From Podarcis cretensis (Eukaryota), in contig OX638153.1 of NCBI GenBank assembly GCA_951804945.1, positions 73,718,001 through 73,782,000 of the forward strand: a stretch of DNA of 64,000 bases, read 5' to 3'. Below the pieces are notes generated by a model that was given only the letters and a program-made list of their open reading frames with translations, had not been told where the DNA came from and ran no database searches. Position 1 is the first letter of the stretch; each line of letters begins with the position of its first letter. Both the position numbers and the translations under genes were made by a program. Below are positions 35,204-45,499 of this stretch, piece by piece.

Positions 35204-38200
35204 AGAGCTGTAATTTTCTGCTTCTGCATCTTTTTTTTTTATTAAGACTATTTTTTTAATTTTATCTCTTTTTTTGCCAGCCAGTTATATACCTTAAACC
35301 TTGCCTTGAATTACGTTTCTATATTAATAAAACTAAAATTAAATGTGAATGGGTCAAGTCTGCTATATTAGATTTTTTTTAATATAATTAATTTAATATA
35401 ATTGGTTTTAATTATAGCCAGCTTCTGAATACCAGGGGAGAGGGCTCTTGCATTACGATTCTGCTTGCAGGCTTTGCATAGGCAGGTGCTTGGCACATGT
35501 TAGACTCATGCAGATCTCTGGGAAGTGTTTTAAATACTTCTAACAATGTATCCTTGTGATTTTCAAATTACTTTATAATCTAGTAAATATCCTTCACATG
35601 GAACATGATTTCTATATTGACAAAGATTTCATATTAAAAAGAAAACTGTCTGAATTAGAATACCTTGGAGGTGGGGAGGACATACACCACTTCCTACTGT
35701 ACTTCTTATAGAGTAAAAATTTTATTTATTCATACTTCTACATCAGTCTTCCTCCAGGGTGATGTACAAAAAGAATACCTAGTTTATGTCATCAATAAAG
35801 TTATGGGTAGCCCTTATCCTTTCCCCCAGAAGTCCTGCCTTTTAATATAAATTTTATATAGCTTGATTTAAAATTTGAATTTTATGTGAATTTTATATTA
35901 TTGGGGGGAGTTTGTTTCAATGATAATTTGTGCCCTACACACATCACCGTCGCATTGTTCTTGATCTGATGGAGCAGGTTTTATGACACACACACACCCC
36001 CAATCTACAGGGTAGGTGTTAATTCAAAATGTTTGGGGGTTGTGCCCCTATACATAGTGACTCCATAGATGTATTCCCTTCAATGTACAGGCTAGTGTTT
36101 GCTCCTATTTGTCAAGGCATCCATCATCCCATGGAATGGAGATCGTGGGTCATCAACATCCCTTATTCCTATTGGTTAGGAAATGGGTGGGCCACCTCTA
36201 AAGGAGTTGATGCACTGGAGAAATTTCAAACATTAACCTGTATATTGACGGGACTACTCTACAGAGGGACTCACCACCAAGTTGGAGGCAAACATTCTAA
36301 ACCTTGGTTTCTGATGCTGGTTTGCAGAGTTAACACAACTACTTTTTGCCTCATACTACAATCAGATTCAGGGAATCAACACACATAAGGGAACAGGGGG
36401 TTGGTCTCTCAGGAGCCCCATAGCCTCCTGTTTTTTTCAATTTCCAAATCATACTTTGATATTACACTAGAATCACCCTTGTGAATAGCACAGTTTCCTA
36501 AAGCAGTCGTCCTTCTTATTTTCAGAATAATTAATAGCATTCCAAGGGTTGTTCAGCTTGATTTAATTACCCAGAACCAATGCAAGACCATTTTATTTGG
36601 GCTAGCCGTTGTTGTGGTTAAATTGGCATGGAATTACTTGGGAGTAGGTTTTCATATTTTACCTTTGTTTTCAAAACATGCCACTTATTTTGAACATGAA
36701 TAACATAGGTTGTAGTATTTTTATAAATCAACATTATATATGTACAATATTTTACTTTAAGACAGGACACTTTGTGAAAATAAACGAGAGCATCCGGACT
36801 TATACCATGTGAATCAGAGACACCCCACCCTCCCTTCAGGCTAACTAGAATAGCTGCACACTTTCACTTTGTGAAAGAAACAAGCATGCATTTCATTGAA
36901 ATGGAAACAGTTTCAGAACCTTGACTGCAAGTGCATTTTAAGTCCCCGTCAGGACAGCTTCTATTTTGAAATGCAAGATGTGTTGCTCTCCATCAAAAAC
37001 CCATTTGGCTGAATGGTTATGAATAAATAAATACATAAGTATCATATGGACAAAGAAAGAATATATGAAACACTCCATAAAGCTACAGAACTCCCACCTC
37101 TGCTCTACTTGAATGAACCACAAACATGTCTTCAAAACAGGCCCCAAAGCAGTAAAAGAAAATACAGTGGGGGAGAAATTCTGTTCTGGAAGAAATAACA
37201 GTAACCACGCATGGGAACTCTCTGCAGGATTTCTACAACTTACCCAAACAACTAGGCTGTAATGAAACACCCATAAAGCATGATTATCCATATTAGATTA
37301 CCCATAATCATACATGGGTAACTAATCTCTCTTGGTTCCAAATCCGTGCTTTCCCTCAATTTATTCCCTTACATTTGGAACTGCTTCCTCTTATCTAGCT
37401 CCAATCTCAAAATGGACTTCTCATCTCTTTACTGGGTAATCACAAATGTTTGTACTTTCTGCTAATTCAGATTTTGTTCTTTCACTTCACCTTTCTCCTG
37501 TCTGAATCAACCAGACAATAAAGTCCAAAGTGGTTGTGTGTCTCTTTGGTATTGTGATCAGCAGGTAGCACACTGATTTGCAATAGGCATGTTTTAATTT
37601 TTACTCATCACCATAATACTCAAAGGCTGCACAAAATCACATTTGACACAGCTTGGAATTGGATCACGTTTTCAAAACAAAGCAGCAACCCAGTGCTAGT
37701 ACAATAACATTTAGAAACCACAATTTCTTTTAACAGTGTTCGGGGCCAGGGGCCAGGGGCCGACATGAATCGGAAAAAGACCTAGAATAGGTACATCTGT
37801 ATCAGTGAAACCAGACGCCTTCATCTGCCCCAGCTGCAATAAAACATGTCTCTCCCATTTTGGTCTCTACAGCTACAGCAGATACTGTTACTCTTCAACA
37901 GTTTGAATTTATTCCCGATGGCATACTCTTGCATTGTCCCTTGAGATGGATGGATTCCAACAAGAATAGGTAATATCTATTTTATTGACAATAACAAAAG
38001 TAGAGAATTCAGAGCTAATCTTGGTCATATTGCAACATTATTCAGAGAGCTGTTACTGGGAAAGATACACACCTTAGCATAAGAAATCTTTAAAGATTCA
38101 TTTCCTTTTTTACTCTATCATACCCACACCTACTCGGGAGCTGTTGATTTCAACTGATCTTAACTCTACATTAATTCACTTTGACTTTCATCCTCAATCA

Positions 38201-38234
38201 AAGGAAAGGAAAGGAAAGGAAAGGAAAGGAAAGG
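38201..38234. repeat. (GGAAA)n microsatellite
   Basis: About 6 units. Confidence 0.85.
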
Positions 38235-38573
38235 GAGCCCTGTGCAAGAATTACAAATATCAGGAAAAGGCCGCTTCACACATCTAAGATGTTTTAAATA
38301 TACATGAAATCAAACATGCATCATACAGGTATACTGATCAGACAGCCAATTGGTTGCAGCCTCCAGTTAAGTGTATACTCAGTGGCAAACACGTTTGCAT
38401 CTACACAATGTGCAAAGTGCTAAGACAGTGCTCCAAAGGGTGACTTCCCATAATTCACTGTAAACTCACTTTCTCAGAAGATGTTGCAAGATGAACCTCT
38501 GAGCCTTCTCAAGTGGGCAGGTTCTAATTCCATATTCCATGTGTGTAACAGTATGAATATTAATGCCTGTCTC

Positions 38574-38575
<2 letters not shown>

Positions 38576-38607
<32 letters not shown>
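38576..38607. repeat. (CA)n microsatellite
   Basis: About 16 units. Confidence 0.9.
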
Positions 38608-38610
<3 letters not shown>

Positions 38611-39189
38611 CAACAACCCCCTAATAACAGGAAAGTATATTCTTTTTATCATATTTTAGACTAGAAAGCATCAAAACAGGAACAAACACAAATGCAGCAC
38701 TGTGCAAAAGCTTATCTAAACTATAAAAAAACAACCCTCGGTATTTTGGATAAAAGAACTAAAAGAAAGATTAACTGAATAATGCCAGACTCTGTCATAA
38801 AAATATGGAGCATGCTGAGAAGCTGTGTAATAAAGATTTTAATACCCACAGAGCAGAGTTCCAGCAGTGTAAGAGTTCAGCAGGTCTTGGATAATAACAT
38901 TCTACTGTTTTGTTCTTTGGGGGGGAAATCATAACAAGAAAAGAAACATGTGTGAAAAATGATCTATGGGACACTACTAATGCAAACTACTGAGTAGCTA
39001 GCCATTGGTTAGTGTTAACATTTTCAACTATGTTTTCAGTGACAAAGTTCCCCACTGCCCTCTGTTAGGCAGTGTGCCGGTCATGAAAAGCTAGTACAAT
39101 AATTATACTAGAAGTCTCCATTCATTGCTTCCCATCATTAATCACCTTGTTACTTGCAAAACCTTTTGCCATATTTTGATCATTCACAT

Positions 39190-39270
39190 AAACACTGAGG
39201 TTTTTAAAATCTATTTTCTTTTCCTTCTCTGTTTTTTTACACATAAACCACATGCATGGGAGGTTCAAAA
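39190..39270 (+). repeat. 81-bp direct repeat, left copy (flank of YR retroelement)
   Basis: Identical to 43450-43530 except for one base (39232 T vs 43492 G). Confidence 0.95.
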
Positions 39271-40605
39271 AGCCTTTCCTCCTCCCAGGAGGGGAGGGGT
39301 TGTGATCGGGAGATGATTCCCGCATCATGCAGGGAGCGCTCCGCCCCCTGCTTCAACTCCAGGGCTGGCGCCACGCCCCTCCCCAGTTGGGCACTCAATA
39401 GGGAAGCTCGACGGGGGAGTGGCTTGCTGCTCAAACGCAGCCGCGCCAGCAATCCCCACCATTGCACACACATTTTCTTCGAGTCAGGAGTCATCGCAGG
39501 GAAGAGCTCAGCCACAAGGTTTGGAGTCGGGGGTGTTTGTGTGTGTGGAGGCTGTCTGGTTCCTGGCTTGCCTTTTTAAATTTAGGAGGCTTGCGTGCAC
39601 TCATTGCTTTACTGCTTTTAAAAACCGAGGCACCCAAGTTTGCCTTGCTGTCTTGCTGTGTCCTCTTTTCTGTGTAAAAACCTACATTTAACCTTTTATT
39701 TTCCCCCACTCCTGGTGCTGGATTTGTTTGAGCGGTTTAAGTGTGAATTACCTTTCTTAAGCTGCAGCTTGTTCCTTTGCCCAGCACATGGTCTCTCCAC
39801 CCCCAGCGAGGTCTGAGTGTGAGTGCCGTCTTTCTATCTCCCTTGTCTCCTCACTTTCCTTCCCCGACCTCTGCCTTGGTGGCTGTGCGTTTTATTTTAA
39901 TTTTGGCCAGGGTGCCTGTATGTTTTTCCCCTCTATTGCCCTTGCCCGTCTGATTGCCTGGCTGGTCTGGGTGACTGAATGGGTTTGCCTTTCATTTTAA
40001 TTTGTTGGCCAGGGTGCTTGTACGTTTCTCCCCTCCATTGCCCTTGCCTGTTCCTCTCTAATTTTAAGTCGTGTGTGTGTGTGCTGGCAGCGTGTGTTTG
40101 TGCCTGCCGTTTGTTGATTTATTACTCTTTTAGCGTGGGTTTGATTTACCCTGCCATCCCTTCCATTGGTACCACTTAAATCGGGAGCCTGTGAAATTTT
40201 AAATGATGCCGGGGCTTAGAATAGACTGTGTGCTTAAACCTCACCCCTCTTTATCTAAGCCACACACACCCTCTTCGCTTGGCATTTGGGGGAAGAAATA
40301 AGGCAGGGCTTGGGGCGGACAATTCAGGGTTTCTGATCAGGGAACCATTCCTCAGCATTGCACATTTATACATTTAGAACCTTTGAAGGTGTACCTTTGC
40401 CTGGTTCTTGTCATTGGCTTCACTTGCCAGTACAGAGTCCTTAAAGAAAACCGCTTTTAAACAACAACAACAACAACAAGGTTGCGGCTTATAGAACCTT
40501 ACTGAAAAGTCCAGGCTAACCCACGGTTTATATTTCCACTTCATTTTGGCTCACTGTAAAGGACAGCTATTTTCCTTTTCTTCTAAACTTTTCCTTGCCC
40601 ATCCG

Positions 40606-41060
40606 CATTCTTCGATCGAATTCTTCAATCGGGCACTAAGACTTATCCGGAATTTTGGTCACAAGGCACTCTTGGCAAAATGTGACATAGAGTCAGCCTT
40701 CTGTCTATTGCCGGTTCATCCCAATGACTTTCATTTGCTGGGATTCAAATTTCAAGGGAAATATTACATTGTCAAGGCTATGCCGATGGGTTGTTCTGTA
40801 GCCGGCTCGGCCTTTGAGACATTTAGCACCTTTTGGGACTGGGCCTTGCGCTACAGAACCAACTCACCTGGGGTGACACTTTACCTTGGTGACTTTCTAC
40901 TCGTTGGGAAGCCCAATACCGGCGAATGTGCCTCCCCCTTCTGGAGGCCTTTTCAGCTTGGGAGTTCCCCTCACGGTAGATAAGACGGACCCTCAATGCA
41001 TCTTACTTACCTGGGTATAGAGCTTGACACAGCAGCTCAATCTGCCTGCCTGGCCAAAGG
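40606..41060 (+). pseudogene. Reverse transcriptase of the YR element, disabled
   Basis: Motifs ALLAKCDIESAF.LLPVHP, MPMGCS, YLGD (40882-40893, in place of YLDD), LGVPL and LTYLGIELDT lie in shifting frames. The N-terminal part is missing. Confidence 0.9.
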
Positions 41061-41106
41061 GGAAAATAGTTGCCCTTAACGAAACAATTCGTCAAACCCT
41101 TCCCAA

Positions 41107-41150
<44 letters not shown>
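41107..41150. repeat. (AAT)n microsatellite expanded inside the RT-RNase H linker
   Basis: About 14 AAT units between ...QTLPK and KKVALRQVQSLL. Confidence 0.9.
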
Positions 41151-41151
<1 letters not shown>

Positions 41152-41154
<3 letters not shown>

Positions 41155-41757
41155 GTCGCTCTTAGACAGGTCCAGTCCTTGCTAGATCATTTCAACTTCG
41201 CATGTAGAGTAGTTTCACCAGGCCGCCCATTTTGCTCCCGCTTAGCCAGGCTGTCAGCGGGCCTCAAGCATCCGCACCATAGAGTAAGACTTCCCAAGTC
41301 AGTCAAGGCGGATTTTGAGATGTGGATCAGATTTCTGGAACACTACAACGGAGTCTCCCTATGGCAGGAAATCCTTAATTTGGCCTCTGATTTCCAGGTC
41401 CACTCCAATGCGGCAGGGTCCCTGGGCTTTGGTCTGTTCTTTAAGGGACGTTGGTGCGCGCAACAATGGCCAGCAGAGTGGCAAGGGGAGGCCATCATGC
41501 GGGATCTCACTTTTCTGGAGTTTTTTTTTTTTCTCATATTTGTGGTGGTTCACATATGGACCGAGGAGTTCCGGAATCGCCGGGTGTGCTTCAGAACTGA
41601 TAACCAGGCTGTGGTTAACATACTGGCTAGCAGTTATTGCATTCTGAGAGGGGTCTCGCCTACTTCGATCATTTGTGCTCCGATGCCTTGCTTCCGGTCA
41701 TTAGCACCTTGGGCTCAGCTGCTGCCAGAATCCTTTCCGAACCTATGGAACCTTGGA
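41152..41757 (+). pseudogene. Tether + RNase H of the YR element, disabled
   Basis: QSLL.HFNFACRVV.PGRPF; HSNAAGSLGFG (first catalytic Asp changed to Asn, 41407-41409); LTFLE; FRTDNQAVV. The segment with the last Asp (N.IADALSR) appears deleted, and there is a T12 run at 41521-41532. Confidence 0.88.
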
Positions 41758-42405
41758 GACGCGAAGTGATCAAGGGAGTATTAGTGTCTGTTGCACCCTC
41801 TACCCTCAGGTCTTATAAGAAAGTATGGTGCAACTTCACAGGTTTCAGGTCCAAAGTATCGTCCCTTTCCCCTATCGTATGAAACTTAGGTCAATTTGCT
41901 GGTCCAAGTTTGAGGCCCGGCTGTTCTCTGCAAAATACGTTATAGCCTTCTTTGGTGCCTTGCGGGTTGGCGAGGTGGTAGCAGAAGCTACCTCAAGTGG
42001 AACAGCGCGCAGCCTCCTCCTGGAGGACGTGCAGGTCTCCAGTTCAGGCGTGGTGGTGTGAGTGCATCAGTCTAAGATGGACCAGGGCGGTAAGGGCACC
42101 GTAGTACAACTCACGGCCTCCGGTCAGAAGGGCCCATGCCCAGTAAAGGACACCAGGCGATACCTTTACCTCAGACCTCCCGGCCTTGGCCCGCTCTTCG
42201 TTCATGAGGATGGATCCCGACTGATGAGGCACCAATTCACCAGGGTACTTTGCAAAGCGATAGATGCCTGCGCTTTCCCTTCCAAAGACTATGCGGCACA
42301 TTCATTTAGGATTGGTGTGGCCACAACGGCCTCATGGGCCTTCCGGCAGACAGGATCAAGGAGATGGGCCGCTGGAAATCTAATGCCTACAAAAGTATTC
42401 TGAGA
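41745..42405 (+). pseudogene. Tyrosine recombinase of the YR element, disabled
   Basis: MEPWR..SVAPSTLRSY, then an internal deletion, AFFGALRVGE (Arg I), in-frame TGA 42059-42061, SKMDQ (Lys), CPV, HSFRIG (HxxR, 42299-42310), a frameshift, and MGRWKSNAY (Trp and catalytic Tyr, 42388-42390). Confidence 0.92.
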
Positions 42406-42413
42406 ACGCTCCG

Positions 42414-42443
42414 CTTACCTGTCTTTTCTTTCTTTATTCTTAG
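42414..42443 (+). promoter_or_regulatory. Predicted branch point, polypyrimidine tract and 3' splice acceptor for the SGNH ORF
   Basis: CTTAC (A at 42417), CTGTCTTTTCTTTCTTTATTCT, then TAG| with AG at 42442-42443. The SGNH frame has no ATG upstream of its catalytic Ser. Confidence 0.7.
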
Positions 42444-43018
42444 CTGTCTTCGGTAGTCCAGTGTGGATTTGCGGCCACAGTATCGTGCATTGGGCCCGCC
42501 TCCAGTCAGCAAGTTCCGGCTTCATGCCTAATCTGGGGCTACCATCGTGGGTGCGAGTTTCCTGGTTGTCGAGAAGGGGCATGCACTGGCAAGAACTCAT
42601 GCCACTGCTGAAGGCAAAAGCTGCGCTGTTGGGCCCCCCTAACATTCTAATCATTCAGCTGGGTGAGAGCGACCTGGCTAGCAGGAAGAGTGTGGACTTG
42701 CTGTGGAACATGAGAAAGGTCTTGGATGAGTTGGCTGCCTTATTTCCCAGAACAGCCCTGTTCTGGTCCTCTCTCTTGAAGAGAAAGGTTTGGCGCGGTG
42801 TGCATAACATTATGGCCTTTGAGAAATTCAGGAAACTCTTGAATCGCGCGGTAGCGCGCAAAGTGCGTTTTATGAATGGCCTAGTTATATCTCATGATGA
42901 TATCCAGATTGGCGACCAGACCCTATTCCGGGATGACGGTGTTCATCTTTCAGATTGCGGAAACAACATATGGCTGGCTAACATATCCAATAGTCTTAGG
43001 GATTGGTTGCAGCTGTGA
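42444..43018 (+). CDS. SGNH/GDSL hydrolase (esterase/lipase-like) ORF of the YR element, uninterrupted
   Basis: Block I WICGHSIV (Ser 42479-42481), block II RRGMHW, block III IIQLGESDL (usually GxND) and block V FRDDGVHLS (42935-42946). No stop or frameshift over about 190 codons. Confidence 0.85.
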
Positions 43019-43449
43019 GGGTATTGGCGGCAAGCCTTTTGGCTCAGGTGGCGGTTAGGCATTGGAATGTGTTGTTGGTGTTTTGGGTGGCAAGGTGTGG
43101 CCATCGCCTTCCCCGACAATTTTGGGTATTCCGCTAAAGGAATCCAGTGGTCGTGGATCCTGTCCGATGCCCGTGTGGCGGGGGGCCATGGCACGACCCT
43201 CGGTGACATCAGGAAGAGAGCCTATAGTTGGATTAGCATCAACAGGCTTCCCCTACTGGTGGTTAACCCCTCCTCAAACTCACCCCTCTACAAGTGGGTG
43301 GAGTCTAATGTTCCGTGGTCCAATGCCTAAGCCAATACCTTTTCACATGCTGTAATCAATAAAGTTGTGGCCTTTACCTTACCCATTAACCTTACATTCT
43401 GTGTCCATGTGTCTTTATTCCCCAAGCGGGGATCGGGTCCTCGAATCAC

Positions 43450-43530
43450 AAACACTGAGGTTTTTAAAATCTATTTTCTTTTCCTTCTCTGGTTTTTTAC
43501 ACATAAACCACATGCATGGGAGGTTCAAAA
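43450..43530 (+). repeat. 81-bp direct repeat, right copy
   Basis: 80/81 identical to 39190-39270, offset by 4260 bp. Confidence 0.95.
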
Positions 43531-45499
43531 TATTGCTTTTCTTGGCAAGTGTTCCTGCTGTGCTGCTAGGATGTCATACATTTCTAATACTGTCTCCCCC
43601 CCCCCCCTCTTCCCCCTACCCAACTCATTTTACCTTCTCGCTGCCTTTGCACTTTATTGCATTCTGGTTATTGGGAGGTAGGTTAGAGGGGAGGAGACAA
43701 CTTTGCAGTGTGCTGCCTGTACTGGAGCACAATGCATAATGATAGGGAATATTCCTGTCCATTATATGACAATTTATGCTACCTGATGCTCTGGAACTCT
43801 TTGGAATATAAATACATCATAGACATGATCAGCAAACCCTGACATTCTTTCAGTTTGATCAAGCCCATGTGACAGCCTTGAAACAAGATGCTTTTATTTT
43901 AAGAAAAGCATCAGTGTGTGAATAATCAGAGTTAACATGGTATTTATATTTGGCTTGGCTCCCTTTTCAATGTTCTATCTTTTAACTCTCCAGCCTAAAA
44001 CGTTTCACAGTGCTTTAGCAACTGCAAGGAAAACAATCGATCAAAGATGCACACATGTTTTGTGTGCTATACAGTACACCTCTTCGTGTTTCAACTCACT
44101 GTCATATTGGCCACACAGAAATTTTAAATATGCCCACCAAATTCACTGTGCTCAATTCTCAGGAGAATTCTCAGCCAGCATCCAATTCAAATTCTCTTAC
44201 AAAATACTGCAGCTAAGGGCCAAATTAAGATGAGATGCTATTTGTGAAATTAGCAAATGGAAATTAGCAAATCATCAGGACTGTTGAATTGGCTCTACCA
44301 ATGTGTTACCAAGCCAGGTTCAAAGTTCTTTACTAATTCACAACATTCATGAGCAAGCCAGGCATTTCAACCAGGCTCCTTTTCACTGCCACTTACAATG
44401 AGGAGGCCCAATCCAGAGGCCACTGGCAGCATGAAATCTGCCCAGTGCCACCCCAGTCATTTCCATCTTAATGTAGCACCCACTTATGCTCAGTACTGTG
44501 CATACAGTGCAAAATTAAAATAACAAAAATTGGACATTCAGCAATGAGTCAGGTCTGATATCCCCCAAACCAGGCTGTCTGGTAGTTTTCCTAATTAATT
44601 TGGAACCCTAACCTGAAGAAAATTATTGCCCTTTTAGTTTTAAGGTTTGGTGTATATTATTTCAAGGCAGCTCTACAAGCTTTTCCTATGATGAGATATT
44701 CACTTGAACATTGCACAACAGTCATATGATACAGTGAATGTTTTATGAGACAGACATGACAGATTAAAATTAAAAACAGGTTCCCTGTCTGGACTCAGAA
44801 GAATAATGACAGGGGAAGAGACACACACAGAGAGACTGGGGATTAGGGATAAAAACAGGCTGAGACAAAGAGTTACAGCATCCTCTCCAGAATAAAAGCA
44901 GCTTTTACCAATAAAAATCTCCAACATTTGTGAATGCAGTTGAATGCACATTGATATTGGCATTTGTATGCCTTGTGCTATTTTTCTTTATTACTGCAGT
45001 ACGAATAGTCAATTTTCTTTATTAGTCTAAATGCAATTCTTTTACCTCATTGTATTTAATTATTTCCTAAAATTATGGCTATCGTACAAAAACAGACAAA
45101 TAGTTCAGCACACACGTAATCAACTGGTCCTCTTAATCTATAGCATATTTTTATTTAACAACAATTTTCTTTGAACTTCTGCTTATCAAGTAGTGTCAGA
45201 AAAATGGCCTGAAGTAATATTAAAAAGGATACTGGCTCCCAGCTAAGCACTTCAATGTAGACCATTTTCAAATCCCTCCATCACCTATATTCTGACCTCA
45301 TATTCTGTTTCTCAATTAGGACTGGAATAACCTGAAACGACAACATCCACAAATTGTTCCCATTTGCCTATTTGACTCTCCCCTCCTTTGGTAGTAATCA
45401 CTGTATACTGTGGCAGTCATTTACATAGTTTGACTATGAGCTGTATGAAGGAACATTTCTTTCATGCACTGGTGGAGGAAGAGGGGGGCGGGGAGAGCA

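Larger units (their letters stand above)
39271..43451 (+). mobile_element. Ngaro/DIRS-type tyrosine-recombinase retrotransposon, non-autonomous, carrying an SGNH hydrolase ORF
   Basis: Domain order is RT - RNase H - tyrosine recombinase - SGNH. It has a GC-rich structured 5' terminus and a 3' terminus with AATAAA (43358-43363), and is bounded by an 81-bp duplication. An extra SGNH/hydrolase ORF is a described trait of vertebrate Ngaro-like elements. Confidence 0.92.

Noticed and set aside
39301-43450. TGTGA...TCACA taken as the true inverted termini (DIRS1-style ITRs)
   Set aside because: The 30 bp upstream of TGTGA (39271-39300) is conserved in the solo copy at 8868, so it belongs to the element. 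The inverted match is better explained as the arms of a junction hairpin.
43019-43451. Hammerhead or HDV ribozyme in the element's structured ends
   Set aside because: I could not find the CTGATGA...GAAA core or an HDV-type pseudoknot by eye. An Infernal search would be needed.
39190-43530. 81-bp direct repeats read as LTRs of an LTR retrotransposon or ERV
   Set aside because: No TG...CA termini, PBS, PPT or short TSD. The interior encodes a tyrosine recombinase rather than an integrase, and the repeat looks like host sequence.
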